This document shows, piece after piece, positions 12,872-25,507 of a stretch of 64,000 bases of DNA. The stretch's first letter is position 1; each line of letters starts with the position of its first letter. This stretch comes from Neodothiora populina. Taxonomy: Eukaryota. Under the pieces are notes generated by a model. That model was not told where the DNA came from and made no database searches. It saw only the letters and a program-made list of their open reading frames with translations. The translations under genes and the position numbers were made by a program. The stretch is from positions 930,001-994,000 of the forward strand of contig NW_027191405.1 of NCBI RefSeq assembly GCF_041146345.1, written 5' to 3'.

Positions 12872-13181
12872 GATTCGAGATATAGATCGCCAAATATTCT
12901 TCGGGAGATGTCAGAAATGATAATGTATGGTAAGGTAAAGTAATCTACAATTTTGTTCCGAGTTGGAGATTATCAGATCGAGGGCGGCGATAACATCCTA
13001 AGGAAGGTGCCACGGCGCCTGCCATGTGGGGTTCGAGTTGTTCGGAGCCAGATTGGGAAATGTTCGCAATGACGTCGAGGCATAATTACAGTACCTTATT
13101 TTGTGATTATCACTCCTCCACGAACACAATCAATCACCAAATCTCTTCAGACGCGCCTCATAAAGACACTGTATTCTCTGC

Positions 13182-14648
13182 ATGTTCTCGGCGACTCTGA
13201 GACGCGCAGTCAAGATGAGTTCCTCTACTACCTCGGCGCCCTTCTCAAAGGCTGCCGTGAGCGCAATGCGCAAGCTGTTCGTCCACCTTTGTTGTTTGGC
13301 CAAGTTGTGTGACTGAGATATATATACGATTCTAATACACTCAGGTATCCAGAGGCGCTTGCTGAGAAATCATGGGATAACACTGGTCGTACGTATCATT
13401 TTGTGTGTCGATATCAGAATCAAGTCGCCAACTTCTGACACAGTCCTCCTCGAGGCCCCCTTCGATCCCATCCGACGTAACATGAATTCTGTTCTCCTTA
13501 CTGTCGACTTGACCAAAGCCGTGGCAGACGAGGCCATTGAGCGTAATGACTCAATGGTTATTGCATACCGTGCGTGAAGACTTTTCGGACCTGCTGTCTT
13601 TGCATTTCTCTCTGTCTGACGGGAATATCAAGCATAGATCCCATAATTTTCAGGGGTCTCAAGACATTGACTCTGGCCGACACACAACAGCAGACCCTAC
13701 TGCGCCTGGCTGCCGAGGGAATTAGTGTTTACAGTCCCCATACCGCCATTGATTGTGCTCCTGGTGGTCTCGGCGACTGGTTAGCAGACATAGTCTCAGG
13801 CACACCCGCATCAGCAGAAGAAGTCGAACAGATCCAGGAAGAGACAAAAGCAGAAACCTCACGCCCGGCTTCGCCCTCGAAATCGAACCTTGCTGCACCC
13901 GAGGGAGACCCCTTCGCACCTCCCAAGCGACCTACCTTCCACCTCCAGCATCACCCTTCGCAGCTCTCCATTAAAGACCAAGCTCTCAAACTCGCAAGCG
14001 ATAGACACACGCGCCGGCCCATCAAGCCCTGCAACGTGCCCGGCTACGAGAACACGGGCGCCGGAATGGGCAGGATCGTGCGATTTTCCACCCCGCAGCC
14101 TCTACTGTCCATCATCGACCGCATCGGCCTAGGTCTGGGCAACCCGAAAGGCTTCCCGATCGCGATCCCGCAAGGCAAGCAAATGTCCGAAATCGACATC
14201 TCCTCGGTCGCCATCTGCGCCGGTGCCGGAGGCGGTCTTTTCTCGGGACTGGGCAAGAATGGCGAAGAAGACGTCGATTTGCTGTTCACTGGAGAGCTGA
14301 GCCATCATGAGGCTCTGGCCGCCATCGAACAGGGTAAAGTCGTCATTGCGCTCTTTCACAGCAATACTGAGCGAGGCTTCTTGCACAGCGTCTTGAAGCC
14401 TCAGTTGGAGAAGGCTATCAAGGACGAGGTATGTGTTGATCCTCCTTTTGTCACCATCTCTTGCTGACTTGTGTGTGTGTGTGTGTGTGTGTGTGCAGTG
14501 GAACCGTGTCCGAAACGAAGAGAAGAAGACCAAGTCCAGTCTCAGCGACGACTATCTAGACGCTCTCGAGGACGATCACGTCGAGGTGCACGTCAGCGAG
14601 GTCGACAGGGATCCCTATGGCATTATGATTTCCAAGGATGAGATCTAG
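13182..14648 (+). CDS. NIF3: NIF3/YbgI (GTP cyclohydrolase 1 type 2 fold) protein; exons 13182(or 13215)-13276, 13345-13388, 13444-13569, 13638-14428, 14499-14648
   Basis: Motifs 'AEKSWDNTGLL', 'AYHPIIF', 'YSPHTAID', 'TGELSHH' and 'HSNTERGFL'. Four canonical introns. Confidence 0.92.
14471..14494 (+). repeat. (GT)12 microsatellite inside last NIF3 intron
   Basis: Direct read; lies between the branch point GCTGAC and the acceptor CAG. Confidence 0.9.
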
Positions 14649-14915
14649 AGAAGGATGGAAATACCCTATAGAGGAGGAGATATTGCCTTGGCCTAGGATT
14701 GGTAGAGAAGTAGCCCATATAATCACTGTCGATTCCGAGTCCCAAAAGTAGTTTCTTCGTAGCACTCGGAATCCCCAAAAAGCAAAGAACGCCAGACTGC
14801 CTTCGAGTTTGTTCTACTCCGCATTTTGTCGTGAGAAAGTTGCTATAACAAACGCCTTGCGGTAACACATAAGCCTCTATCACTCGTCACTCAATTACTC
14901 TCTACCTCTTCCCCA

Positions 14916-17754
14916 TCAAGCTTCTACACTAACATTACTCCCCCCAGCAGCAGCAGCAGCAGCGCGACCAGCTCCTCTGTTACCACCTCTGGGATTCCTG
15001 ACCGCGCCCGGTCTGGCAAGTGTGTACTTTGCGAACGCCCTAGCGAGCGCCTTCTTGCAGCTGACCTTCTGACTGCCGACGAACGAATCGATGGCGACGG
15101 CAATGGCCAGATCAATGTCCCTGCTGCTGCAGTACTCTGACAGACGCATCTTGGCGAATGACTCTGAGATTCGGAGGATGGATTCGAGATGACGGACCTG
15201 AACGCAAGAAAAGGTTAGTAGGGGTTGATTGTGGTGGAGGGGGGGGGGGGCGAAGAAGATGATGCTTACGGTGATGGGGTAGGCCCCCGTCGCCATGGAC
15301 TCCCTGCGCATGTCTGCGAACAGACGGGCAATCTTGTCCTGGTCGATTTGATATAGTCTAGGTCGACACTTCTCCCGTGCGTATAGAATATATTTTCGGA
15401 GGAGCTCTTGGTTGATCTCGCCTTGTTTCTTTGTCGTCGCTGATGAATCGTCTACGTCCATACTTGTTGTCGCTGTCTGAGTGTGATCGTCGTGTGCGGC
15501 GGGGTTGCTGAGGGGATGTGCGCGACCGTGTGAGTTGACAACGAACTTCGCGAGTCGTTCGTCTTCGGCCGGGTCGACCGTGTCTCTAACGACGCAGAGG
15601 ATGTCGAAACGCGAGAGAATGGGCTCGGTGAGTTCGACGTTTTGACTGAAAGGGATGGATGCGTTGTAGCGTCCTCCGATCGGATTGGCTGCCGCAATGA
15701 CTGCACATCTGGCTTGCAGAGTCGTCACAATACCAGCCTTGGAGATGGAAATGGTCTGCTGCTCCATGGCTTCGTGAATACTCGTTCTGTCTTGGTCGTT
15801 CATTTTGTCGAACTCGTCGATGAGGCAGGTTCCCTTGTCGGCAAGCACCAGAGCGCCACCCTCCAGAGTCCATTCCGACGTCATAGGATCTCTCCTGACG
15901 GAAGCTGTGAGACCAACGGCGGATGCTCCCTGACCAGTGGCAAAGACAGCTCGGTGCGCGGTAGACTCTATGTACTTCAACACCTGTGATTTTGCAGTAC
16001 CCGGGTCTCCGAGGAGCAGAATGTTGATGTCTCCTCTTATCGAGTGTTTACCCTGTGCCTCCTTGCTGACGCCGCCGAACAGACTGAGCGCCACAGCTGT
16101 CTTGATGTCATCGTGTCCGTAGATACTCGGTGCGATGCTCTGGATGATCTTATCCACGATCCTTGGGTCTCTTGAGAGAGCACGGATTTCTCTTTCGTCC
16201 TCCTCGGTCAGGCGGAAGCCTGCGAGCTGGTCGTGCGACTTGACCACATGGTTAGCTTCGAGCATAGTGGCAAAGACAGGAAAGCCGTTCTTGTTGTTGA
16301 GTGCTGCGTCGTAGTTGTTGCGGTAGATACCCGTGATCTCGACTTCCTCACCCGGTTTGGCCGAGTCAATCAGATCCCAGAGCAGAATCACCTCACGGTG
16401 TCTGGGCAGACGACCAGCTGGCACGGTACCCGGCGACTCTTGCAGGGTGATTTTCTGGTAGTTGCGGTACACCGTCTTCTCCGAATTGAGCGAAAACGGA
16501 CCACGAGATTGGCAGTTTTGGCAGTAGGAGATCTTCACTTCAGAGTTCGAGTCCTGGGGGAAAGGACCGAGTGTGACGCCGCACTTTGTGCAATCGAACT
16601 TGATGTATTTGAGCTGAGGGAAAACACCGGTCCGTCGCGTCACAACACCACTGACGCGGATGAGGCAGTTGAGATGGCTTTGGCGGAGTTGACGAAGTGT
16701 GTAGCTGACGGGAAGGCCATTGATTCGCACATGAATCTCCGAGTGAATACGCTCATAATCCGGGTAGTGGTAGAGAGTGACGTCCATGGCTACCTGATCG
16801 AAGATGGCAAGGACTTCAACGGGTGCGTTTGCGACAAAGTAGGCAATGGTTGGCTTCATCTGACTGAGATGGTCCCAGTCAACCTCGAGAGACTCGGCGT
16901 TGATTTCTCCCAACGTTCTGATGCGAACGCCATAGACGGAAATACCCTGCTGGTCGACGAACTCTGTCAGGAAGGACTTGAATTCGCGAGCAATTGTGCG
17001 ATGCACGGCAGGTTGGATGACCCAGTCGGTCAAACTGGCAGCTTTGACGTCGGCGAGAGCCTCAGCTGAGAGCTCTTCGGTCATGATATCCTCGGCCATG
17101 TCCAGGTCCTCTTCTTCTTCGTCATAGCGATGCCTTCGCCTGCGAGGTTGAGCTGTAAGATCCATTACATCGTCTTCTTCGTCGTCGATCTGGGCACGAG
17201 GTCTGCGGGACTGGCGCGCCAGCTCTCTGTCGCGGCGATTGAGACGTGCGTCCAATTGCCTTCTGGCGGCGAGGTCCATGTCGTCGTATACTTCGTCATC
17301 GTCAATATCTGCGCCTTGATAGAAATCATCTTCGCGTGTCTGGTAGTCATTCTCGAAGTTGTCGCCGAAGAGGTCGACGCCAGCGTCGTCTTCAAGAGCT
17401 TCTTCGGCATCGTCAAGATCCTGTATCAGGTCTTCCTCGGGCTCCACCACATCGTCCTCTTCTATGTCTTGGTTGGGAAACATTGGCGGTGAAGAGGCAG
17501 GAGCTGATGAGCATGTCAGCATGGGTCTAACTTTGAGCAGATGTCACATGAACGAGACTCACGGCTGGAAGGAGGAGCACCGGATGATGAGAGCATATCA
17601 ACGTCCTCATCGTCCCTGGTGCGCTTTCGGCCACCTGCCGTAGGGCGAGCGCGGTTGGCCGAGTCCATATTTGATCGTAGAGGGGAGCTGAGGTGGTGTC
17701 AGAAACAGGCAGGAGCAAGAGCGCACTGTTGCATGTCGCATAGACGTACCTCAT
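14916..17754 (-). CDS. MCM2: DNA replication licensing factor Mcm2; exons 17754-17750, 17687-17563, 17503-15270, 15197-14916
   Basis: Zn finger CTKC..CQNC, Walker A GDPGTAKS, Walker B IDEFDKM, Arg finger SRFD and acidic histone-binding N-terminus. Confidence 0.97.
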
Positions 17755-18095
17755 TATTATGTGCAGATGTTGTTGACTCGATCACTTCAATGCCCCCACC
17801 AGGAATCAATCTTTGCAGAGCTTTGTGATTGAGCTAAATGGTGGTATAGAGTTGTGTATAAGAGAGACAGATGGACGTCTGAGGGGGTTGTGTACAGCAC
17901 AAGAAGCGAAGGGGGGGAAGAATAATAAAAGCGCGTGTCTTTCGCGTCGAGAACCACTTTACGCGACTTCCCGATCAGGAAAGGTAATTGGTTTCTCTCT
18001 GATCGCGTCCCGCAGTCCACCTTCATCTTGTGCCACATTACCATTGTATTGATGTTCGGCTAACGTCTTCTGATACACTGCAATATATCCGCATC

Positions 18096-19708
18096 ATGGC
18101 TCAAGACACAGAGCCCTCGCAGACTGCAGAAGAGTGAGTCGTATAACTTCTGTCATTGTATCTACAAATCGTTGACGTAAAGACCGATAGCTTCATCGCC
18201 AGCCAGCTGCAACTGGAAGCTGAAGCACGTGAGGCACTTCCATATGTATGTTATGCAACAGTGTGCAATATGCAAGAAAGAAAGAAGAATTGAAGAACTC
18301 TGACTCTACGTTGTAGCAATTCGACTCATGCACAAAACCACTCGGTCCCCTACGTCAATCTCTCTTCTCGTGTCTGACGTGCAACCCCCCTTCTGCATCG
18401 CCTGGATCCGAATACAATACAGCTGCTTTGTGCTACTCATGCAGCATTTCCTGCCATGGAGAGCACAACCTAGTCGAACTCTTCTCCAAGCGTGACATTG
18501 AATGCGACTGCGGCACCACAAGGCTTCCAGATGCCACTCCATGCACTCTCCGACTGAACCCAACCACGAATCAAAAGGGAGGTGTGGTCGGAGAAGCTGC
18601 CAGAAAGGATAACGTATATAACCACAATTTCGCCGGCAGATTCTGTGCTTGCAACGACGAATACGACCCTGCCAAAGAGAAGGGGACCATGTTCCAATGT
18701 CTCGGTCTTGCAGACGAGCGCGAGGGAGGCTGTGGTGAAGATTGGTGGCACCCCGAGTGTCTGCTCGGTCTACCTAGGGCTGCTTCGACAGAATCAAAAG
18801 AAGCAACGGAAGAAGACCAGACAGAAGATCCGCCCTTGCCTCCTGGCTTCCCTGAAGAGGACGACTTCGACCATGTCATCTGTTACAAATGCTCATCTGT
18901 GGCCCCATGGATCAAGTCTTATGCCGCCACCCCTGGTTTCTTGCCCCCTGTCTTTCATAAGCAGCCTTCGTTCGATGGTAAGGAGCCTCCGCGTGGAAAG
19001 GCAGCGTCGACGGAAATGGTGCAGGTTGCCTCGGACATCACTTCCTCTGTAGCGACCAACAAGCGCAAGGCTGAAGATGAGGATCCAGTCGCAACTTCGG
19101 ATTCTAAGAAGATCAAGGTGGCTGAAGATGAAGATGCACAGAAGAAAACCCCCGAGACAGAGTCGACCTCCATGCCAAAACACACTTCACTTCTACCACC
19201 CCCTGCTGGTGATGTGAATCTCTTCGTCAAGGAAGACTTTAGAGAACAATTCTGTCGATGTGCCGAGTGTTTCCCTCGACTCGCCAAGTTCCCTCAGCTA
19301 CTCGAAGAAGAAGAATCGTACGAGCCGCCAATGTCAGAGAGCGATGCCGACAACGCACACGGTGCAGCTAGTGTGGGTTCAGGCAGCACCTACGAGCGTG
19401 GCGAGGCATTGTTGAGTAACGTCGACCGAGTGCGAGCTATAGGTATGTTTAGCCTGTTACGGCCAGATCGATGCACTACTGACAAGTATGCAGAGGGCGT
19501 CATGGTCTACAATCAATTACGAGACAAGGTCAAGACTTTCCTCCAGCCATTCGCCGAGAGCGGCCAGGCTGTCAGCGCCGAGGATATCAAGTCGTATTTT
19601 GAGAAGCTGAGAGGTGACGATCAGGCCATCAAGTCTGCTGCGGCAGGTGCGGGCGATGGCGGACAGAGCAGCGCTGACGGCAGTAGGAAGGAACAGGGAG
19701 GCTATTGA
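18096..19708 (+). CDS. UBR7/Mlo2-like UBR-box plus PHD-finger protein; exons 18096-18133, 18191-18245, 18317-19442, 19494-19708
   Basis: 'QLQLEAEAREALPY', UBR box 'CYSCSISCHGEHNLVELFSKR..CDCG', PHD 'YNHNF.GRFC.C...MFQC..CGEDWWHPEC' and C-terminal 'DRVRAIEGVMVYN'. Confidence 0.9.
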
Positions 19709-20394
19709 CGATGGTTTATGAGTGACTAATGATGGCAGGGTATGTAGCTCGATTGGAGATAGGGCGATGTTAATTGGGTCGGTCTGACAAGCAGAGGCAT
19801 CTAATTGTCAAAGTAAAAGTAATACCCCTTCTGTTCAGCGCTGTCACTGTCGGGTCTTGAGTAACTTTGAGTCAATGGTCACCCCAATCTGTACACTATT
19901 CTGTGGTTCGATACGCATGTTGGAACACAATATGAATCGGATCCTACATTTGCAATGTGATTATCGCTCTGTTCCATGCTTTTCGAATCATCCCACATCG
20001 TCGACAAAGCAATTCAAGATAAGTGATTGTATGATTGGTAGCGAACTTATATAAAACGGGACGTATCAGCAACGAGATGACGAGTATCGAACTGACAAGA
20101 GCCCAGATCGTCACAGCAATGAACTTGATGGAAAGTAAGGACTAGACGACATTATAGACAGGGTCGCCCTATGGCATGGGGATCAGATCTAGCAAGTCTA
20201 GCCGGGAAGAAGTGACGTCCTCCGTCCAGCTTCGCGCCAGGAGAAGAAAACGCGTCAATCTCGACTCGATGACGCGCTCCATCGCGTCTTCCACTTAAAG
20301 TGTATGATAAGGTATGCTGCCTGAGGTGACACTGTGTCTACCTTACTTTTCCAATAACTCCACCACCCTCGCCCACCAAGAGAAGCAATTCAAA

Positions 20395-22051
20395 ATGCCG
20401 CCGAAAAGAGGCATCGTGGAAATCAGCGACTACGAGCGCCAACGACAAGAAAAGATCGCCGCGAACCAAGCCTTGCTGCGCCAACTGCAGCTCGAAGCCG
20501 CAAGCGCAGGCCTCGCACCTACCAAGCCCAAGAAGGCTTCTACGCCTACCACGAGCGGTAGTGCCAAAAGAAAGAAACCAGCGCCGAACATCAAAGAAGA
20601 GGTCGTGCCGCGGCGCACATCCTCGCGTCTCAAGGGCATAGTCGCAGACAGCGAGGTCGCGCAGCGCAAAGCAGAGGAAGAAGCCGAGGCGTTTCAAGAA
20701 GCGCAGAGAATCAAGAGACAGCGCGTCAGCGATGATTTGAATCTAGGCGATGTCGTCGTCGCGGGGAGATCATGGAGTCAGAGTGGGAATTTCCCGTCGC
20801 TGGTGGGGCCGGCGAGGCCTGGCGAACGGACGTTTTCGGCGCAGGAGTTGAAGGATACGAGTGATAAGGAGCTGAGGGCATTAAGGGAGAAGATGGGCGG
20901 GATGGAGCTGTGGCAGGGGTTTGAGCCGAATAGGATTAAGATTACGCCTGAGCGCATATACTCTATGGGATTCCATCCGAGTGAGGAGAAGCCTTTGGTG
21001 TTTGCCGGCGACAAGCTGGGTGATCTCGGGCTGTTCGATGGGTCACAGGGGATACCGCAGGTCAAAGTGGAAGACGACGAGGAAGAAGTCGACGATGATG
21101 ATCCCGCCATCACCACTTTCAAGATCCACACACGAACAATCTCCGCCTTCCAGTTCTCTCCCCACGACTCAAACGCTCTGTACAGCGCCTCTTACGACTC
21201 GTCGATCCGCAAACTCGACCTCGCAAAGGGCGTCGCAATCGAAATGTACGCGCCAGAGGACAAAGACGCCGACGAGCCCCTCTCAGGCGTCGAAATGTCC
21301 CGCGAAAACCCAAACATGCTCTACTTCACGACGTTAAGCGGCCAATTCGGCTACCACGACATCCGCGCCCCGCCCAACAACACGGGCGGCACAGCGCTAC
21401 TTCAGCTCTCGGAGAAGAAAATCGGCGGCTTCTCCCTACACCCGGCGCACCCGCACTTCGTCGCGACGGCGAGTCTAGACCGCACGCTGAAGCTGTGGGA
21501 CTTGCGCAAGATCAGCGGCAAGGGCGAGAACAGACTTCCGGCGCTGGTGGGCGAGCACGAGAGTCGTCTCAGTGTCTCGCATGCGGCGTTCAATTCCGCG
21601 GGTCAGGTCGCTACGGCGTCGTATGATGATACGGTCAAGATATATGATTTCAGCGCTTGTGGGTCGTGGAAGCCCGGACATGAGTTGAGCGACGAGGAAA
21701 TGAAGCCTGCTACGATGGTACCGCATAACAACCAGACGGGCAGGTGGGTGACCATGTAAGTGAAAACGGAAAACGAAAACAAGCAAAGTCGGAAGATGTG
21801 CGTGTGCTAATATGATATTCTGTCAATATAGTCTCCGTGCCCAATGGCAGCTGCAGCCCCAGGATGGCATCCAACGCTTCTGTATCGGCAACATGAACAG
21901 GTTCGTCGATGTCTACACGAGTACAGGACAGCAGATAGCCCAGCTGGGCGGCGATGGTATCAGTGCCGTGCCGGCGGTCGCTCAGTTCCACCCAACGAAT
22001 GACTGGATCGCTGCCGGAACAGCCTCCGGCAAGCTTTGTCTGTGGATGTAG
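20395..22051 (+). CDS. CMR1: WD40 DNA-damage-binding protein Cmr1/WDR76; exons 20395-21755, 21832-22051
   Basis: N-terminal '[18 protein letters not shown]', '[11 protein letters not shown]', '[14 protein letters not shown]' and '[16 protein letters not shown]'. Confidence 0.92.
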
Positions 22052-22242
22052 ATGATGACGATGCTAAACGGTGATAATGTAAATATGAAAAGGAGCTTGA
22101 GGGACGTGGATAGTCATGAAATTTCGAGACTGGGTCCTGCCCAGATCTGGTGTGATGATTTGTTTGTCGGCTACTTGCGCTAATGCTTGATGTTTTTCTC
22201 TTTCCTTTTCTTTTGCTTTTTCTGCTTCCGAAGCTGTGGCAT

Positions 22243-23026
22243 CTACCAGTTGTTGTCCTCGTAGCGTTCCTCGTCACGCCCTTGGTCGTAGGCATTGTCC
22301 ATGTTGTCTCCGAAGCGCTCGACACGTCCCACGCCCTCGCCGACGTCTTCGGCGATGTCCTCGGGGATGTCCTCAACCTTTTGCTCCATGTGGTCCCAGC
22401 CGCGCTCGACATCATCGGGGATGTCCTCGACTTCTTGCACCTGTAGTTTGCGAATAAGTCAGCTCCACTATAACCTTGCGACTGCAGCGATATACACAAC
22501 GACGTACCTTTTCACCCGTCCAGCGAGCGACATCCTCAGGGGCATCCGCAATGTCATTACCCCACTCATCGACCTTTCGCTCCACCCTATCCTCACCCCT
22601 GTCCCAGTCCTCCTTGATATCCTCGCCTTCATGCATCAGCAATGCACCGCCCGCGAGACCGGCGGCGGCGCCAAGAGCGCCATACATGACATTATGGTTT
22701 CCACCGGACCTCTGCTCTTCGCGCTGGCCGTAGGGCTCCTGGGGCGCGCCGGAGTTGTAGCCGCTGCCGCCGCCGTAGCCGTAGCCGCCCTGCGATGCTC
22801 CGCCGCCGTAGTTGCCTGGGTGCTCGAAGGTGCGCTCACCGTTCTGGTCGTTGATGTACAGCCAGCGGCCCTGTTCCCACACTGCGCGCCAGGGAGGATA
22901 CACTTGGGGTGCTCCTTGTTGTTGTTGTTGGCCGTAGCCGCCTCCGCCGTAGCTTTGCTGCTGCTGCTGTTCACTGCCGCCCTGGTGGGTGAACTCGTTG
23001 ATGATGTTGCCGAGGAAGCCCGTCAT
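22243..23026 (-). CDS. Gly/Gln-rich WW-domain protein (Wwm1-like) with acidic repetitive C-terminus; exons 23026-22508, 22440-22243
   Basis: WW-like 'PQVYPPWRAVWEQGRWLYINDQNGERTFEHP' and glycine-zipper 'GALGAAAGLAGGALLMHE'. GTACGT..CTGAC..CAG intron, strong codon bias. Confidence 0.75.
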
Positions 23027-24276
23027 GGTGAGGTTGTTGTGTGTTTCCTGAAGCGAGACTGGAGAGTGGGATGGCAGAGTAAAGTGTGTTGTTATGGGAG
23101 AGAAGTCTTTAGTGGAGAATTGACAGAAGAGAGGCCAAAAAGTGAAAGCTATGGTATAGATGTAGAAGAGGGAGAACAAAGAAGCAAAGGAGGGGGGACC
23201 AGCACCGCTGATCTATTTATGCATCACAGTGCACGCAAGTCTGTCCTACCTTAGCTTAACACGTAACTACCTAGAAACATCCACCCCTACTATGTCAGAG
23301 GGATCTCCAGGGACAAGTGTTGATCAGTGTCCCCCTTTTCATATCTCGTACCGTGTCACTATACGGTACTGGTTGGCTTTTGCACAACTACGAAATGTCG
23401 TGATTAGGCCAGATCCCCGCCAGGTGGCTCAGCAGGTGAGGCTAAGGCATGCTTCCATATCTATCTCTGCGGTGGCAGTGGTTATTCATGAGCACAGCCA
23501 CTGGTCGGAGGAGGCGGAGAAGCCAATTCCGCGGTGGAGGCGATGCACTGTTGACTTTGCTCTAGGACCAATGCTCGCTGATGACGTGCACATCGGCGCA
23601 CGCAAGACGAAAAAGACAAAGTTATATTCAGAGTAGAGTTTCTTGCTTATTGAGAATGTATATAAAGGTTTCATCAAGGGTGATCTACTCAAGGTGAGGC
23701 ATCATACCTTATCGCCAAGCTGTCGGTCAAGCTCATATCGAAACGTTCCGAGCCGCTGTATGAGCTTGAATGTCCCCGCCAAGCCCGCATTTCGTGCCTG
23801 GCTCTGGCTCAATACCTTGCCGTGCCATATCCTAGACATAAAACGAGCAGCTCATACAAGCTGCAGGATAATGTTCATCACCAATACTGTTGGTTGACAT
23901 GACAAGATCTTCTTCCGTCCCAATAACATTGCTGGCGGCCTCCCTCAGGTGTGGCTGCGACGACGATGCCACGACCGAGACGCTCGTCACGTAGCGCTCA
24001 GCAGCTGGCTATAAGCGCCATGTTGTGCAAGTAAAGTGTTGCCTGGCTTGTGTCGAAGGTCGCGGGCGCTGCAGGCTTCAAGCCTCACGGTATGATCATT
24101 GTTCAACTTTTTGCGATATGCGGCATATCTCTTGCTCATCAACTGCTTGAGTCGGGATAGGTCGTGGTGTTTCCTGCCCCTTCATAATTTGACCAGCTGC
24201 ACGGTGGCGTGACGGTGCAGACATGGTGTAGGCATACCACGGGTCTTTCCAGGACACAAAAAGAGATTCATGTGCT

Positions 24277-25068
24277 TCATCTCATCAAACCACCAATGTC
24301 CTTTTCCATACCCGAGACTCGCTCCTCGAGAGCGCGGCGTTTTCGCTCCAGGGCGCGAATCTCGTCTTCTTCTTGTCGCATATCTTCCGCGCTCATGAAG
24401 TGCGAGGACTGCTTGGGAGCAAAATCGTCGTGCATGTCTTCTTCGTCCTCGATCTCCTGTGGTTCGCTATAGTCCTTTGGTTGATACATGTTGTCAAGTT
24501 GGGATGTCTGGGTTGTGATCTGGTCCTCGTAGTGAGCAATGTTGGCGGCGAGTTGAGCGTGGCGGCTCCTCATCCTAGCTATTCTATCCAGAGCTCCCGG
24601 AATCGGATAGACAGAAGATAGCTTCTCAGCGGCATTCAGGAGCAGGTCAACATCCAGTTCCTGCTTGTCGCGCGGCAGAGACCTGTCATATTTGGTCGAG
24701 TGTTCGGCAGCATAGCCGTTTCTTATACGACGATATGTGTCGCCGCCGAGGACAGCAGCAACAGCAGTATTACGGCGCGGTGGGCGTACCGCAGCCGGTG
24801 GCAGCACAGGCTTTGGCTGGTTGGAATTGACCGAGTCGGATATTGTAGAAGAGAACTGATGAACCTGGGTCTTGGAGGGGATTGGAGGTGGGGCGATGGA
24901 GAACAAGGCGCGCTCGTGCGGCTCGGTGTCTCTGATCAGAGTGGTGATTTCAGGTCGTGCCAGGACAGCATTGGTGAAAGGCCTCGGGCCGGGAAACTGA
25001 AGACTGCCAATCGACGAAGCGCATAGAGATATCTGCTCCAAGTGGGATGAGAGCAGTGAGGAGGGCAT
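24277..25068 (-). CDS. SPC34: DASH/Dam1 complex subunit Spc34; intronless
   Basis: 'LLSSHLEQI..SI.SL.F..P..FTNA.L...ITTLIRDTEPHERALF' and C-terminal coiled coil. Confidence 0.9.
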   Translation of the reverse strand: MPSSLLSSHLEQISLCASSIGSLQFPGPRPFTNAVLARPEITTLIRDTEPHERALFSIAPPPIPSKTQVHQFSSTISDSVNSNQPKPVLPPAAVRPPRRNTAVAAVLGGDTYRRIRNGYAAEHSTKYDRSLPRDKQELDVDLLLNAAEKLSSVYPIPGALDRIARMRSRHAQLAANIAHYEDQITTQTSQLDNMYQPKDYSEPQEIEDEEDMHDDFAPKQSSHFMSAEDMRQEEDEIRALERKRRALEERVSGMEKDIGGLMR

Positions 25069-25507
25069 TTTGTATTGCTAATTGTATGTGTGCCCAGCAA
25101 GTCCTTGTGTTCAGAATACCATCCAGCAGCTGTTGACACAGAACACTGTGCTTACTGTATAAGGTATTTACGGTATGACCATCAATGTTGATTCGGGTGT
25201 TTTGGTGACGCGCCGCGGCCATGGGCTACTGTACAAAGTACTGTGCTGTACTGTATACTGTGCACGGACTACTTGATTGAGACTTGGCGTTCAAGCATCA
25301 TCGGTGGCAGCTGCTTCCATGACCGACTCTGCCGCTCCGTTACTGCTGTTGTATCTATCATAATCATCATAATCATTAACATCATCACAACCATCATCGC
25401 CATCTATCCACCTCGAGACCCACCAATCATCCCTTACTCCATCGACTTGTGTGCAATCTGTCCTTCTCCTCATAGTTCTCACTCAGCTCGCCACCTGACC
25501 ACTCACC

